Shown here piece by piece: positions 1 through 13,700 of a stretch of DNA of 64,000 bases. The DNA lies in assembly GCA_025558095.1 (NCBI GenBank), contig JAIVFI010000002.1:558001-622000 (forward strand), in the 5' to 3' direction. The notes beneath the pieces were generated by a model that saw only the letters and a list, made by a program, of their open reading frames with translations, did not search any database and was not told the DNA's origin. Source of the stretch: Hyaloraphidium curvatum SAG 235-1. Its lineage: Eukaryota > Fungi > Monoblepharomycota. The position numbers were made by a program, and so were the translations under genes. How positions within the stretch are numbered: the first letter of the stretch is position 1; every line of letters begins with the position of its first letter.

Positions 1-3000
1 TGCTGCGGGCCCCGTCGCCGCCGCCGGCGCCCTGCAGAGCCCCCCGAAGCGTCGGATCGCCGCGGCCAAGCCCCCGTCGGCCAAGGCGCCCGGCAAACCG
101 GGGCGCAAGCCGCCGGCAGGCATACGCAAGATGGATCTGGCATCGGCCGGTGCTCCGGCAGCCCGCGGAGGTGCGACGGGCGCCCCGGACGCGGCAGGCT
201 CGGGAGGCAGCGGAGCGACGCGCAGGAGCAAGGTTGGCGGCACCTCCGCCCGGCACGAGGCGTCTCCGGGCGGGAATGATGCCGCTGCATCCGGTGCCGG
301 GGCTCGCGCTCGCGGAGGAGGTGCTGGGGGCGACGGCGACGGCGCGCGGACCGGAGCTCCGGCTGGAGGGGCGCCGCTCGAAGCGGGAACCCCTCCCGGC
401 GGTCAGGAAGCGCAAGAGCAGGGCGGACGGGGATCGGACGGATCCGCTCCCGCGGCAACGGCTGCCTCGGGCCCTCCGGCGCAGGCTCCGGCTCGACCGA
501 CGGCGCGGAAGCCGAAGAGGAAGCGCGCCGCCGAAGACGACGGGGACGCGGAGCGAGCCGGTGCCGAGCCCGGTGCAGACGGAGCGGACGGAGGTTTGGG
601 CCCCGCCGAGCGCAGCAAGCTCGAGGAGGCGCTCCGTGCCGGCCCCGCCGTGTCGGACGACCTGGAGCGCCGGGCCGCCCTCGCCGCGGACGAGGCCTGG
701 AAGAACACGGAGAACAGCGGGACCACGGACAGCATCTACGCCTCGCACTTCGTGCATCACAAGCTCTGGTGCCGCGGGAACGGCGTGGAGCCCTTCCCCG
801 TCCTGCCGGCCAAGGCGGTGCTGTTCGCCGACTGGACGATGAAGCGGCCGCGCCTCAAGTCCGGCGTGCGGAATGGCTCGAAGAAGGAGCGCACGGCGGA
901 CCAGGGCCCGGCAACCCTGGCGGCTTTGGAAGAGCTGTTCATCACGGGCACTCGGATCGGGCCGAGTGTGGTCGGGGGCGTCCTCAACGCCCTCGAGTTC
1001 TTGCGCAAGGCCACGGCCATCGACTTCCCCGAGGCCGACTTCCCGCAGGCCCACCGCCCGCTCCGAAGCGATCCACGGGTGACGCGGATCGAGAAGCTAT
1101 CGAAGCAGAACAATGCGTCGCGGCAGGAAAACTCGGAGGAGATCAAGTCGGCCGGCGGCGCGTCCAAGACCTACAACCCGCAGCAGTACCGCGACGTCGC
1201 GAACTACCATCTGCTGCAAACGGCGAACGGCAAGAAGGCTGCTGCCACGCCGCAGGAGGCCGCCGCGGGGGTGCGCAATCGGGCACTGCACTTGATCTCG
1301 GGATCCTTCGCGGATCGGTCGTCGGACGTGCGCCCGACCGCCCTTTCGGACGTGCAGCTACGAGAGGAGACTCTCCCGAAGACTGATCGCACTGTGGAGG
1401 TGGGCAGTGACTCCCTGTGGGTCGCGTGGAGCTTCCTGACGCCCGTTTGCCCGCCCAGCTCGGCGTCATCCTCGACAACAGCTCGAAAACCAACAAGGAG
1501 GGCGAGATTTTCGAGAAGGCGATGCTGCGGAACCCGGACGTTCGGATCTGCCCGATCAACTCGCTCGCCCTGCACAGCTACGCAACGTACCACGTCCTGC
1601 AGGAGCGGCCCCCGGGGTTTGCCCCCGTTTTTGACGCCAAGAGCCCGCCGTACGGCCGCAGGGACTGGTACAAGATCCCGCTGTTTCCCGGGAACGGAGA
1701 GAAGGGGGAGATCGCGTACAAGAGTGGGTGGGCGCGGACTTCCCGCCTCTCCGTGAACTCAGGGGCGCTTCTCCGCCGCAGCACACTGGAAAGCCGTCAC
1801 GGGAGCACACACGGCGCTCGGGCTCTTCGACGTCACGAAGAAGACCCACGCTGGGCGCTCGTACGCTCCGCGTCGCGCACATGCCAAGGACTGTCCCGAC
1901 GAGGACATGATGGCCCTGGGGCGGTGGAGCAACGGCAAGGTCTTCCGGGAGCGATATCTGACGTCGATGCCGTGGCCGGCGATCATCGCGACCGCCGACT
2001 CCGACGCCTCCAACCCGGCGGCCTACTACGTCCCGCGTGCGCAGCTCGGTGGGTGCCGTCGGATTGACACCTGGCAAGGCGCCACTGACGCAGCACTCCG
2101 CGATCGATCGCGTCGATCCTGCAGAGCCGCCTGCGGAGCTCCAGTGACGTATCATGCCTTGGGCGGACGCCTCGCTCGCTGTGTACAAGGAGCGCCTCGA
2201 ACTGGACCCGTCCAAGTACCGCGACCCGTGCTGCGAGATGACCTGCAAGAGGTTCATTTTGGAGCGGAAGGTGCGGGGCGTCCCTTTTCCTCGGTCGTGC
2301 GAGCGTGCGTGGCGGTTGCTGACCACCCTGCATTACGCTCGCAGATCCTCCTTCAAGACGCCCCGGAGCTCATCAACCATTTCGCCCCCGAGTTCGGCAA
2401 GGAGGGCTACGATGCGCGCGCGGACGACGGCCTCCCCTTCGTCTTCAAGACCGAACTCTTCCTCTCCACCGAGTACCTGGTATGGCACCGCGAAGCGCTC
2501 GCCAAGATCGGCGAGCTGCGCGAGGCCGTGCGCCACGTGGCTGGGCCGAAGGAGTTTGTGAACGCGATCGTGCCGCTCTTTCAGCAGCAGAACCTACTCT
2601 TCGGGCGGCTCGAGGAGGCTGTCTCGCGCAAGCCGGACGGGGCTTCGGCAGACCAGCGCACCGCGGTGCGGGAGGACGTGCACGAGGACATGACCGTCCT
2701 CTACAACACGCTCGTGGAGACCCTCGACTCCACGATGGAGCAGGCCATGGAGCATCTGACCGAGACGGTCACGGACGTGGTGCAGGACGTTTTCCGCAAG
2801 GCCGTGCCTTCCTTGGCGGCGGCGCTGCAGGCCCAGGTGCCGGCCGTCTCGGCCGGAAGCCCGGGCGCCTCCACCTCCTCCCCTTCGGCCCCGGCCCTGG
2901 CCAATCCCTCGGCAACGGAGCTCCCGATGCTCCTTCCCCGCTCGCAGCCCGTTTCCCGGGACGGTGGTGCCGGCCTGGGTGGTCCCCGACCCCTGCTTTC

Positions 3001-3410
3001 CTTCCCTCGGCCTCCGAGCTTTTCCCCCTCCCAAGCCCCGGCCTCCGCCCTGGCTCCGCAGCCCAGCACCTCTGCAGCTCCCTCGGAACCTGCCCAGGGG
3101 CCTGCAGCTGCCCCCTCGGCCGGCGCTGCGGCGGCAACGGGCCTCGACGCGGCCCAGGCGGAAAAGCGGGCGCTGGAGGCGTCGCGACTGCGGCAAAAGT
3201 ACGGAGCCAAGCTCCAGGGCATCGACATTGTTTTCCACAACGGGCAGATGGTACCGGCGTACGAGCTCGCCGCCGGGAAGCTGTCGATCGAGGACGCCTA
3301 CAACGAGATCTACGTCGGGCACGATGGCAAGATCTCGCTGGAGGAGCTGGACAGGGACTTTGGGCCCAAGTGGCGGCGGAACAACAACCGCATCCAAACC
3401 GAATACGGAA
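1..3410 (+). pseudogene. CryptonF tyrosine recombinase (NDC10-II-like YR + GCR1_C), copy 1; runs off the window at 5', truncated at 3'
   Basis: Near-identical to 10970-14364 with the same four introns. YR motifs DRSSDVR, SKTNKEG..RNPDVRICP, KKTHAGR, GRW..Y. Premature TGA at 2145-2147 (CAA in copy 2). Homology stops at 3410 inside GCR1_C. Confidence 0.85.
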
Positions 3411-4752
3411 AAAATCGTACCAGGAACAGCGCGGGGCCAACAAGGGTTTTATTCCTGGCCGGAGTGGCCTTACCCTCCCGTATTCGCGACGATGCCATTG
3501 CCTCCATCTGGTTTGGCAAACTTGCCTCGCGGTCGCTTCATGATTCGTCCCACCGAACTCGGTAGAAGTTGCCGTATCGGCGTCCGCGCCTTCGGTATCG
3601 ATGGCGGCTCCTCATTCAAACAGCTTCGCATCCATGTGTACAATCCAATACATGCAGCTTCTTCCTATCCTAGGCCCCAACTCCGGCATCGTTCCGTCGG
3701 CCTTGCCCAACTGCGTCATGTGGCTCAACGAACGCCTATCGCGGAACGGTGCTTCTTCCACAACCCCGTCCAAATCACGGCGTACCATGCAACGACGCCT
3801 CTGTCAGTCTTCCTGAGGCCTAGTAGACAGTTCTGGGGAGTTTTCGCTCAGTCTGCATTGGTCAGTAACCCGCTGCCGGGGGTTCGCCCCGAATCGCACC
3901 CCCGGCATGCAGCTGACGAACCGTTCCTTTTGCCTTAGGTTACAGTTGAGCTATCTGATTTGCATCAGTTGCACCGGGATCGGCGCCTTGGCTGCTGCTC
4001 CTAGCGACAACATGGATCTGGATCCGTGGGGCCGCCGACTTGAAGCCTGTGGAGCGAGAAGAACCAATACAAAGCATCCAATAACTCATCGAGACGCTAT
4101 GGGAGAGCTCTGCCAAAACTGAATTGCTGCGGCAGCTGACCGGGTTTGGTCTTATGATTGATCAGGGAGCGACACGGCGGAACTGAACACGGCAACCTTG
4201 GCGGCGCTCAACGTCGCGTCGCGGGATTACAACCCCCACTCTGGAAGTTCATGCTGCCGGACTTCACAAAGGGCATCAACGAGGCTTTCGCGACGACGAA
4301 AGCGAAACAAGCCGCTTTGCGCGTGATTGGCCCAACTTCGGAGCCCTTGACCGTCGTCGGCGAATCCAACCCGAGGCAGCCTGCTTCAAGGACCGGAAGT
4401 TCAGGCTCGGCCCCGAAAACCGCGCGAGCGACGCCGACGTCGTCTTCATCGCAACAACCGACATCTTCGGCGGCAGCAGATCGAGGCCGGCGTGCTCCGA
4501 ACGCCACCAGCGCGGGTCTTGGTGCTCATGAAACAATGCGTTGACTTGCGCAACGCTCCAATGCTCAATCTTTAGCAACCTGCTCAGAGTGAACGCGACA
4601 AAGGAGAAAATGATTGTGACAAACACCAGGGATCGATGGATGGACTTTTTTTGCTGAATTGCACATCCAAGCAAGCAGAAATCTGGAGCGTGTTCCAGCA
4701 ATCCCGCGTTGACTCTGAAGGAAATGCAGAAAGAAGCTTGTGCCACATTGTC

Positions 4753-5811
4753 CTATTGGAGATAATGATATACTACTATGCTGAACACAACCAGTGCAGC
4801 ACCAGTCCACCAGATCCGGCTATCCTGGTGCTCAGGCTGTTCACAAAGCAGGCCTGACAGAACAATAGACAAAGTCATAGCAAAAGTCTTCACAATGTTG
4901 TCCAAGTGCTTGATGACCAGTGCTACGAGAACACCACCAACGGCACTGTTGAGCACCACAAAGTAGACCCAAGAATGCCAACCCTTGAAGAGTCGCTGCG
5001 GATCTGAAGAGATCTCATATGCAAGTACCAAACAGGATACACAGAGAGAAATGAAGGCAAGCCGCAAATTATTAGCAGTCAAACCACTGATGCCTTCGGA
5101 CTGCTTGTGTGTACTAGCCAAACCCGAATCACTTGTCTCCAATGGCTTTGAAACAGTTTCTTGCTCTGGCAGCGGTCGGAGCTCTCTCGAGACAGGTGGG
5201 CTTTTGCTGCCCCCCTTGAAGACCTTTTCCAAGTAGACGCCTGAAAAGCCGGACGTTGTCGCTGCAAGGAGGACTGCGATCATCCCCAAAGCAGTACTGT
5301 GATGCTTAGAGTCGCTCCATTTGTGTGACTGACTTGAATACTGTACCATGCAAATTCCTCCCATAAGCAAAATTAAGCTGGACCATTGAAGCAGAGAAAG
5401 TCGGCGACCCAGAATGAGCACCATGAACACTGCCGTTGTTAGAATCTTGGATTGGCTAGTAAGCTGGTAGGTTACCGGGTCCAAATGCGTTAACGCAAAA
5501 TAGAGCAAGTTGCTCTGTACGACGTAGAGCCCAGAAGGAAGTATCATCCGCACGGTTGCCAGGCGTTCTGCTCCCACACGGAACTGGGCCTTGACAAAAG
5601 AGATAAGTACGTGATATCCAGAACCCATGCATGCTATTGCGATCCATGCAAAAAGTTTCAGGAGCTCTGCAATGACAACTGCAGCAGACGCCAAGTAAAC
5701 TTCTCCTTTCCCATTCCGAGTTTCATGAAGCACGACAATCAGGGAGACATTTTGAGCGACAAGGAGACCAACTAGGGCAGGCTTGAGCCACACAGAGATT
5801 CGGAACTCCAT
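4753..5811 (-). CDS. SLC35A-type nucleotide-sugar (UDP-Gal/CMP-Sia/UDP-GlcNAc) transporter, intronless
   Basis: Multi-TM ORF with family motifs AELLK, PSGLYVVQSNLLYFALTHLDPVTYQLTSQSKILTTA, SGFSGVYLEKVFK, GGVLVALVIKHLDNIVKTFA. First ATG at 5811. Confidence 0.9.
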   Translation of the reverse strand: MEFRISVWLKPALVGLLVAQNVSLIVVLHETRNGKGEVYLASAAVVIAELLKLFAWIAIACMGSGYHVLISFVKAQFRVGAERLATVRMILPSGLYVVQSNLLYFALTHLDPVTYQLTSQSKILTTAVFMVLILGRRLSLLQWSSLILLMGGICMVQYSSQSHKWSDSKHHSTALGMIAVLLAATTSGFSGVYLEKVFKGGSKSPPVSRELRPLPEQETVSKPLETSDSGLASTHKQSEGISGLTANNLRLAFISLCVSCLVLAYEISSDPQRLFKGWHSWVYFVVLNSAVGGVLVALVIKHLDNIVKTFAMTLSIVLSGLLCEQPEHQDSRIWWTGAALVVFSIVVYHYLQ

Positions 5812-6001
5812 GAAGACGGGCAATGCCTAATCCGCTTTTTCACAAGCTTTAGCTAAGAAAGCAGAAACCTGTAAAGTGGTGCAGAAACCTGTCTCGCCGG
5901 GCTAGATCTTTCAACTGCAGGGGGTTGGGCGCTGACCAGTTCGACATTAAGCACTTGAATTAGGCGAATTGGTTAGGCGCGACAAAAGCCAACCAACATC
6001 G

Positions 6002-6575
6002 AGATCGCAACATCGCGACACTGAAGCAGCAGAAGAAGCGGAGGGAAACTGGTGGAGGTGCAGCACCTCTAGAAGGTGAACCATTGGTCCGAGGAACAGG
6101 CTCTCCAAAGCTGGGCAACCGCTTCTATCACAATGGGAAGTCGACGGCAATCACCACGTGTACACTTTCTTGACCGAGGAGCGCAAGGCACGCGGAGAAG
6201 CTGAGGCAGCGGAGTAGGGAAGCGGGCAGGATGGCGCGGACGGCTTTGGGTGGGATTCTTGGTCGTGGCCTCTTGGCAATCTTGAAGATCGCAACATCGC
6301 GACACTGAAGCAGCAGAAGAAGCGGAGGGAAACTGGTGGAGGTGCAGCACCTCTAGAAGGTGAACCATTGGTCCGAGGAACAGGCTCTCCAAAGCTGGGC
6401 AACCGCTTCTATCACAATGGGAAGTCGACGGCAATCACCACGTGTACACTTTCTTGACCGAGGAGCGCAAGGCACGCGGAGAAGCTGAGGCAGCGGAGTA
6501 GGGAAGCGGGCAGGATGGCGCGGACGGCTTTGGGTGGGATTCTTGGTCGTGGCCTCTTGGCAATCTTGAAGATCG
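6002..6575. repeat. Tandem duplication of a 284-bp unit
   Basis: 6002-6285 equals 6286-6569. AGATCG occurs at 6002, 6286 and 6570. Confidence 0.95.
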
Positions 6576-7006
6576 TTGATATTTCTTTTGCAATTTTGTT
6601 TGGTTTCTTAATGATGATCTTCATCAACCAAAAGACTCAGATCATCGGCCAGTCTCTCTTACCTAGCTTAGATTACGTGCAGCAGTGCACAGTCTTGATG
6701 GAGAAGGCGAAGACCCTGCGCCTGCAGGGGCGTAAAGGGCCGACGGTCGTCTACGTATACGAAATGATCACGAGGTGTGGCCTCACCTCGCCCAGGACCT
6801 CATCCACCGCCCGCGCATCTCCTAAGAAGTTTGCCGAAGCTAGGCTGCCGAAACCGCCGCCTAACGCGGTGTTCGAGAAAGAGTTTGTCGACATATGCAA
6901 CCAAATAACGACTCATCTCGCGGCCAAACCCCCCTACAAGCGGATGATCGGCTTAGGCGCACTTTATTCAACCGCATGGGCGAATGCGCATCTCATATCT
7001 TCCCGT

Positions 7007-8985
7007 TCAACATGTTGACAAGGATATAATCTTGAATTTGCTTGATCTCACTTGTGACCCATTAACTCCCACCACATCCGCCTCAATGGCCCGAAATTGA
7101 ACATGTGTTGCCAATCCTGGTGGAATCCCAAACCCCAGGAGCCCGTTTAAGGTAGGTGAGGGTTGAAATGTAGGACGCTTGACATCCATTGCAATCATGA
7201 AGGATTGGGAGACCCTGCTTCCATATCCTGTCTCTCCAGGCTGATAAGTGCCGTAGAGAGGGAGCTGTTTTGAGGGGTCATGGGAGAAGGACATCATTGC
7301 ATTGCCAAGGTTGGCGTACGAACGCAGATAAGTTAGGATCAACCTGGGATTCTCACCGAACCGCACAGGAAACGAGAGTGTGGCATTGGCTTTGCTTGAT
7401 ATCCAGCCAGGCTTGTCAGCGCGCTCGTACACAAGCGAGAATCCAGATTCACTAAGTGGAGGAAGGCCACTTGTGTTGGTTCCCGATGGCTGCATCCCCG
7501 TCATGGCAGCATACATGACCACCGGATGATCACACACTTTCAGTTTATCGAGGAGCCCGGGGTTGATTGGCGGTGGGAGTCCACGGTGGCCTGGCCGACT
7601 GTAAATGCGACAGTAGGGTTGCCACTGGGACACCAGACATGACTTCAGTGTGTCCGCTATGGCAACATGCACTTCCCATCGGGGATGAGTGCCTGTGCCC
7701 CAGTACACATGCGGGATGTTGGGGTCCGAAGCGGAATCGCGGACGGCAGTGGCGACGTCGGTGAAGCTGACCCAGGGAACCCCATACTGTGTAGCCACCA
7801 GCTTTATGATCTGATTGACGTTGGCACACTTGTCAAGGTAAGCACAGGTGTTGACAAAAACGATTGGCAGGTCCGGTTTCATTTTCTTTATCAGCAAGAC
7901 CAGCGCTTCATATGCTGCCATGAACGAAGGCCTGGAAGATAGCCCCGCCAGGCTGTCCTGGACCTCCCAAGAATCGTTGACAATGAAGTCCACTAGTAGT
8001 AGATCAATCTGGAAGTCTGCCGCCAACCATATTGGGAACAACGGGAGCGCAGCAGTCACGGTTGTCCCGCCGGAGGCATAATTGTGAACGAACACTTTGC
8101 GAGATGCCCATTCACTATCATTCGAATTATGAAAGACAGCGCCTAGCCACCCTCCAAATCGTGCGGACCAGGCGCATGCCTTTCCGGAAACGACGCCCTT
8201 CTGGTTGCACCCAAGGCCACCGGTTTCACTCCCGCCGACAACTGCTACGTTGAATTGCTCAGGTCCATCCTCCGTTAGCCGAAGTAGAATCTGTTGCCGT
8301 GGTGGCCCCAGTTTTCGAGATAACAGCTATGTGGCTCGAACATCCAGCCCCAGCGCAAGCATTCCGCAGGGTTCGCCAAATTTGCATCGAAACACCTGAG
8401 CCACTTGCCTTCGCCTTCGAGTTCGTTACTACAGCGCCGCTTTGGTGCCCTGGTGTTGGGAGGCCCAACCACTTTCGCCTGTACGTTTCGTACAACAGGC
8501 ACGAATCCCTCCTCAACTACGACATCGATAACTAAACAATATACGACAACCAGCAGAGGGGTGTATGAGAATTCATAATAGATTCCGGAGCACTTCACGA
8601 AATGAAGACGCCTTCCAAAGGAACCAATGACTGTTTCGTTACTCTGCAGCGTAGCATAGGCGTGTATAATATCGTTCAAGAGAACAGTGGAATTAGTTTT
8701 GATGCACAATCCAAAAGAGGTTTGTTCTCCAACCCAGACAGAAGTGCTCACTCCCCATCCAGAAACGGATGCTTCGATGGGGAGTTTCGCAAGGTGAGGC
8801 AAGTATTTTTCTAAAGGGTAAACGAACGGCTGCAGTAGTTGTTTCCCCTCATAGCCTGCTGATGACACCTTAGGTGTAGGAGAGGGCGACGACGCAACCT
8901 TTTCGGGACGAGGCAGAACCATAGACAACAATAATGTCGCTACCACTCCGACTGCAAGTGGAACGAGGAGTGACGCGCGGTACAT
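7007..8985 (-). pseudogene. Cap64/CAS3-like SGNH-fold glycan-modifying protein with N-terminal anchor; one frameshift near 8310-8316
   Basis: ORFs 8275-8985 and 7007-8095 join if one A is added to a GAAAA run (..HSCYLEKLGPPRQQ..). Motifs VAVVGGSETGG, NYASGGT, DLLLVDFIVND, GTHP. Could be intact if the indel is a sequencing error. Confidence 0.65.
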
Positions 8986-9065
8986 TGTCCCGTTTGGCGA
9001 AGTATTAGCCTAAGGGTTCGCACGTTAACTTAGGGCCCTGTACCCATAGACTTTGAATAATTTTC

Positions 9066-9094
9066 GGGGGGTCCGGGGGGCGGAGCCCCCCGGG
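9066..9094. other. GC-rich mini-hairpin GGGGGGC-GGA-GCCCCCC, probably a TE terminal/subterminal structure
   Basis: Perfect stem with a GNA triloop, at a shift from low to high GC. Confidence 0.4.
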
Positions 9095-10782
9095 ATTCTT
9101 CATTTCCAGCTATGTTTCGAGCTTTGACAACTTTGATTTATCGCCGCGGTCCGTGGGGGAGGTGGGCGGCGCACAGATGTCTCGGGTCGGAGCCGCTGCG
9201 GTAGACCGTCACGGGCACTCATTCTACATCAGGTAGAGCCAGAACCGACTAGGGACGATGCATGGCGGGCGCAATGGACCCCAAAGCTTGCCTGCGGCGC
9301 CCGGAACCGAAATCCCAACGTATTTCGCGATCGATCTCGCGATTGCTGCCCCGAATGTAGGCAGCAGCCTCCTTTGTTGCCCGATCGTCCGTCCCACGGA
9401 TTCAGTGGAAGCTTCCTTGGGTTACCATCCTTTCGTGGAGGCATTGGAGGCCGCTCGCCCAGATCCCTGGCAGCACCGAAGTTTCCCGCCGAAGTCCTCC
9501 ACTGTGGTCCATCCGAGCCGGTTTGTCATCACACGACCGACGCAGAATCAAGCGTGAGCGAAGCTGTTGACGAAATGCAGCGACAAGAGAAGCGCCGCGC
9601 TCGATACCCCACCTGAAATGGGGCCGACGGGCCCAGTGATGCTGGCATCGACCCATGCTCGCGAGCACTTCAAAAAGGAAGCTCCTGGAAGCAAAAAGCA
9701 GCGTCCGAAGATGAAGAGAATGGGGACAAGCGCGTCCGCGATGTCTGGTCGACAGGTGCTGTATCGGCGGGCCGCCCACGAGGGTACGACGACGCGAGGT
9801 GCCCGTCCGAGTAGCAAATCACGACGACGATTGACAAAAGCGTCTCCGATCCAACTTTTACGGCCTTTCCTGGCCAAACCGACGGGTTCGGCGCGCCCGT
9901 TGGTCACCCGGATCCCTCCTCGTCCGGTCCAGCACGAAGTCTTCCGGAAAGCCGACACGCCGTTCAGCGGCAGTCCATAGACCACCAAAAGTGCTCGTCG
10001 CGTCGGAGCCCCCAGTCTCCTCAATTGAGAGCGGTGCCCCGATGTCCCGATGACCCCTCCGGCGGGAGGCTCTTCAACGCGCTCCAGCAGCCTCAAACGA
10101 GCTCCGCGCCCCCGGACCGCCGGCCCAGCGACTCTCCCGAGTACTATGGCGCACTATGCGGCCGGCAATCGGGCCTCCAAGTCCAATTGCGCCGCGGGGA
10201 AGGGGTGTCCGCACGACCCGTTAGGCGTTCGGTCGCCTAAGTCCGCACGACCCGCCAGCCCTATGTCCGCGCGACCCGCTAAGGCCGCTCGGCCTATGAG
10301 GACACTACCTAACTTGGCGCCCACTAACGAAGGCGACATAGGAGCCCTTTGCCAAGCCCCGTTACGATGTCAGACAGTTTCTATGAATTTCTTTGCGACA
10401 CTGCTACTGTTCTACTCTCAATCTACTCTGCATGAAAAGTCCCGTTTGCCCTGCCTGATTTACAGAACATAATAATCACGGGCTTAGGCGGACGGTCAGG
10501 TCCGCGGCCAGGCTAACCGGGCGGGCGGCCAGCTCTAACGCGCTGACCGCACAAACGCTACCCCGAAGCAACCGCCCGAACGCGGGCAAACACCCCCGCG
10601 CGGGCCCCGCCGACAGCGCAGAGCCGGACAGCTGTCGCGCGCCGAGCTCCCCGGGCCGGCGCTTCGCGCCGCGGAGGCCCGGTGCGCGAGCGGCGCCGCG
10701 TCGCCCGCGGGCAAACGCTGACAGGTCGCGCGCGCGGGTTCCCCCGCGGTCCTCCCGCGCCGCGGACCCCATAGATTCGCGC

Positions 10783-13700
10783 ATGGACACCATCGCCGCC
10801 GCGGCGGCCGCGCTGGAGCCCGTCGCGGGCCCAGGTGCCGGCGGTGACGTCGACTCGACCCCCGCCCCGCGCGCCGCGCCCAAGCCGCGCAGGCCCGCCG
10901 CCGGAGCCGCCCCCGCCCGGGAGACGGGAGAAAGGAAGCGGAAGAGCGCGGGGGAGGGCGAGGGCGGCGCCGCTGCGGGCCCCGTCGCCTCCGCCGGCGG
11001 CCTGCAGGGCCCACAGAAGCGTCGGATCGCCGCGACCAAGCCCCCGTCGGCCAAGGCGCCCGGCGAACCGGGGCGCAAGCAGCCGGCAGGCATACGCAAG
11101 AAGGATCTGGCATCGGCCGGTGCTCCGGCAGCCCGCGGAGGTGCGGCGGGCGCCCCGGACGCGGCGGGGTCGGGAGGCAGCGGAGCGACGCGCAGGAGCA
11201 AGGTTGGCGACGCCGTCGTCCGGCACGAGGCGTCCCCGGGCGGGAATGATGCCGCTGCATCCGGTGCCGGGGCTCGCGCTCGCGGAGGAGGTGCTGGGGG
11301 CGACGGCGACGGCGCGCGGACCGGAGCTCCGGCTGGAGGGGCGCCGCTCAAGGCAGGAACCCCTCCCGGCGGTCAGGAAGCGCAGAATCCTGGCGGCCAG
11401 GGATCAGATGGATCCGCTCCCGCGGCAACGGCTGCCTCGGTCCCTCCGGCGGAGGCTCCGGCTCGACCGACGGCGCGGAAGCCAAAGAGGAAGCGCGCCG
11501 CCGAAGACGACGGGGATGCGGAGCGAGCCGGTGCCGAGCCCGGTGCAGACGGCGCGGACGGAGGCTTGGGCCCCGCCGAGCGCAGCGAGCTCGAGGAGGC
11601 GCTCCGTTCCGGCCCCGCCGTGTCGGACGACCTGGAGCGCCGGGCCGCCCTCGCCGCGGACGAGGCCTGGAAGAACAGGGAGAACAGCGGGACCACGGAC
11701 AGCATCTACGCCTCGCACTTTGAGCACTACAAGCTCTGGTGCGGCGGGAACGGCGTGGAGCCCTTCCCCGTCCTGCCGGCCAAGGCGGTGCTGTTCGCCG
11801 ACTGGACGATGAAGCGGCCGCGCCTCAAGTCCGGCGTGAGGAAGGGCTCGAAGAAGGGGCGCACGGCGGACCAGGGCCCAGCAACCCTGGCGGCTTTGGA
11901 AGAGCTGTTCGTCACGGGCACTCGGATTGGGCCGGGTGTGGTCGGGGGCGAGTTCTTGCGCAAGGCCACGGCCATCGACTTCCCCGAGGCCGATTTCCCG
12001 CAGGCCCACCGCCCGCTCCGAAGCGATCCTCGGGTGACGCGGATCGAGAAGCTCTCGAAGCAGAACAGCGCGTCGCGGCAGGCAAACTCGGAGGAGATCA
12101 AGTCGGCCGGCGGCGCGTCCAAGACCTACAACCAGCAGCAGTACCGCGACGTCGCGGACTACCATCTGCTGCGAGCGGCGAACGGCAAGAAGGCTGCTGT
12201 CACGCCGCAGGAGGCCGCCGCGGGGGTGCGCAACCGGGCACTGCACTTGATCTCGGGATCCTTGGCGGATCGGTCGTCGGACGTGCGCCCGACCGCGCTC
12301 TCGGACGTGCAGTTGCGCGAGGTGACTCTCCCAAAGACTGATCGCATTGTGGAGGTGGGCAGTCAATCTCCGTGGGTCGCGTGAAGCTTCCTAACGCTTG
12401 TTTGCCCGCCCAGCTCGGCGTCATCCTCGACAACAGCTCGAAAACAAACAAGGAAGGGGAGATCTTCGAGAAGGCGATGTTGCGGAACCCGGACGTCCGG
12501 ATCTGCCCCATCAACTCGCTCGCCCTGCACAGCTATGCAACGTACCACATCCTACAGGAGCGGCCCCCGGAGCTTGCCCCCGTTTTTGACGCCAAGAGCC
12601 CGCCGTACGGCCGCAGGGACTGGTACAAGATCCCGCTGTTTCCTGGGAACGGAGAGAAGGGGGAGATCGCGTACAAGAGTGGGTGGCCGCGGACTTCCCG
12701 CCTCTCCGTGAACTCACGGGCCCTTCTCCGCCGCAGCGCACTGGAAAGCAGTCACGGGAGCACACACGGCGCTCGGGCTCTTCGACGTCACGAAGAAGAC
12801 CCACGCTGGGCGCTCGTACGCTCCGCGTTGCGCGCATGCCAAGGACTGTCCCGACGAGGACATGATGGCCCTGGGGCGGTGGAGCAACGGCAAGATCTTC
12901 CGGGAGCGATACTTAACGTCGATGCCGTGGCCGGCGGTCATCGCGACCGCCGACTCCGACGCCTCCAACCCGGCGGCCTACTACGTCCCGCGTGCGCAGC
13001 TCGGTGGGTGCCGTCGAATTGACACCTGGCGAGGCGCCACTGACGCAGCACTCCGCGATCGATCGCGTCGATCCTGCAGAGCCGCCTGCGGAGCTCCAGC
13101 AACGCATCATGCCTTGGGCAGACGCCTCGCTCGCTGCGTACAAGGAGCGCCTCGGACTGGACCCGTCCAAGTACCGCGACCCGTGCTGTGAGATGACCTG
13201 TAAGAGGTTCATTTTGGAGCGGAAGGTGCGGGGCGTCCCTTTTCCTCGGTCGTGCGTGCATGCGGGCGGTTGCTGACCACCCTGCTTTACTCTTGCAGAT
13301 CCTCCTTCAAGACGCCCCGGAGCTCATCAACCATTTCGCCCCCGAGTTCAGCAAGGACGGCTACGATGCGCACGCGGACGACGGCCTCCCCTTCGTCTTC
13401 AAGACCGAGCTCTTCCTCTCCACCGAGTACCTGGTATGGCACCGCGAAGCGCTCGCCAAGATCGGCGAGCTGCGCGAGGCCGTGCGCCACGTGGCTGGGC
13501 CGAAGGAGTTTGTGAACGCGATCGTGCCGCTCTTTCAGCAGCAGAACCTACTCTTCGGGCGCCTCGAGGAGGCTGTCTCGCGCAAGCCGGACGGGGCGTC
13601 GGCAGACCTGCGCACCGCGGTGCGCGAGGACGTGCGCGAGGACATGACCGTCCTCTACAACACGCTCGTGGAGACCCTCGACTCCACCATGGAGCAGGCC

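Noticed and set aside
7007-7018. Two convergent ORFs both ending STC*
   Set aside because: A consequence of a 12-bp palindrome (TCAACATGTTGA); no evidence of function.
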